Shown here: positions 63,044-64,000 of the stretch, one piece after another
Layout of the letters: every line of letters begins with the position of its first letter
Position numbering within the stretch: position 1 is the first letter of the stretch
Assembly: GCF_030028105.1 (NCBI RefSeq)
Contig: NC_092379.1
Location: 27,335,821-27,399,820 of the forward strand
DNA: 64,000 nt
From: Mobula birostris
Taxonomy: Eukaryota
Reading direction: 5' to 3'
Program-made: the position numbers and the translations under genes
The notes under the pieces: generated by a model
What the model saw: the letters and a program-made list of their open reading frames with translations, nothing else
Told to the model about the DNA's origin: nothing
Database searches by the model: none

Positions 63044-63508
63044 TCTTACATATACTTTGTCCAGTTCAAAGGTTCCCATACTGAAAGTAATTCCCAACCA
63101 GAAAACGTAGCGAAATTAATTTGTGTTCAGAAAGTATGATAGAGGGACGCAGCGGTATGATGGCGGGACACAGACTGTATGGTGGAGGCATACCAGTCAG
63201 AGTGATGCAGCGTTTGCAAGCAGGGATAGTAGTGTGGTACAACTGTAGATACTCCGAACGTTGCAGTCAAGATAAGTACTCCTTCGACACTAAACGGAAC
63301 TTTCTCAATATGTGGCTCCGACGGGGTGTTACTGTTAATGCTACACGGGATATGTTCATACATCATCTCAATGCCACTGATGAGCACCCTGCCTATGTTG
63401 GTTGGTGAAGTAATAAGGCTATTGCGGTGTAAAGGATGTGGGTGATTGCCGTTCCGATGTAAGGACTGCTCACCTCAAAGGAAAAAAAAAAACATGCATG
63501 ATCTATGC

Positions 63509-64000
63509 CAGCCATTCTCAACGGGGGGCATATTGCCCCTTTGGGGGCTCTGGCACATTTGAAGGGGGGCACTGACTTAAATCTGTTAGAAGGGGATCCC
63601 CAAGCGTTTTTTGGGGCCTTGGTAACTGAACAGATAAAATACCCAAACAGCAACCTCCATTGCAGTCTATAGTTTCCCTATTGTTTATAATATCTTCCCA
63701 ACACACCGTTTCAATTCGGCGCACCTGGTAAATTCATTGCTTAAACTCCTCCAACACAGCCTCACTTCAGAGCCAGTCGCGAATCTGACAGCACCGGGTC
63801 AACGCATTCATTCAAAGGTTCTCGCATCGATTATCGCCATACTTCAGTCTCCGAGGATTAGCATGTCTTGCTGGGGCTTTTTTTAGTCTAGTAACGTTAA
63901 AGTATATGTTTTTGCATATGTTATACGTTAAGGTAGGTTGTGAACAGTGTTTATTACTGCATATGAAGTCACCGAAAAAAAAAAAAAAACTGGCTCCGGG
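63509..64000 (+). mobile_element. Possible hAT-type non-autonomous element, running off the window
   Basis: Begins CAGCCATTCTCAAC (Charlie-like TIR) after ATCTATGC; no second TIR or TSD visible. Confidence 0.35.

Noticed and set aside
1-64000. CRISPR arrays, operons or other prokaryotic systems
   Set aside because: No regularly spaced short repeats; spliced V genes, RSSs and vertebrate TEs show this is vertebrate DNA.

Overview
Vertebrate genomic DNA, not prokaryotic, so most ORFs in the six-frame track are noise. The repeat families resemble ones I recognise from batoid (ray) genomes; that species call is recollection, not a database result. The window is a repeat-rich stretch of a T-cell receptor V-gene array, most likely TCR alpha/delta. 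It holds two intact, spliceable V segments on +, each with a leader exon, phase-1 intron, V exon and 23-RSS (7224-8080 and 36293-36885), plus a decayed third V at about 58001-58473. The two intact V genes sit in a head-to-tail tandem segmental duplication (unit 1 about 5978-35039, unit 2 about 35040-52359) with a visible junction. Most remaining sequence is decayed, often nested, mobile DNA: a Gmr1-type Gypsy element with PR-IN-RT-RH order (interrupted by a hAT-Charlie element that itself contains a CR1 fragment), a sushi-like chromodomain Gypsy in both units, a PNMA-gag Gypsy nested only in unit 1, L1, CR1, L2 and Rex1/Babar LINE fragments, a Penelope-like element, a tRNA SINE, and a degraded class III (ERV-L/ERV-S-like) endogenous retrovirus near the 3' end. 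No C or J exons, rRNA, true tRNA genes or CRISPR arrays were found.
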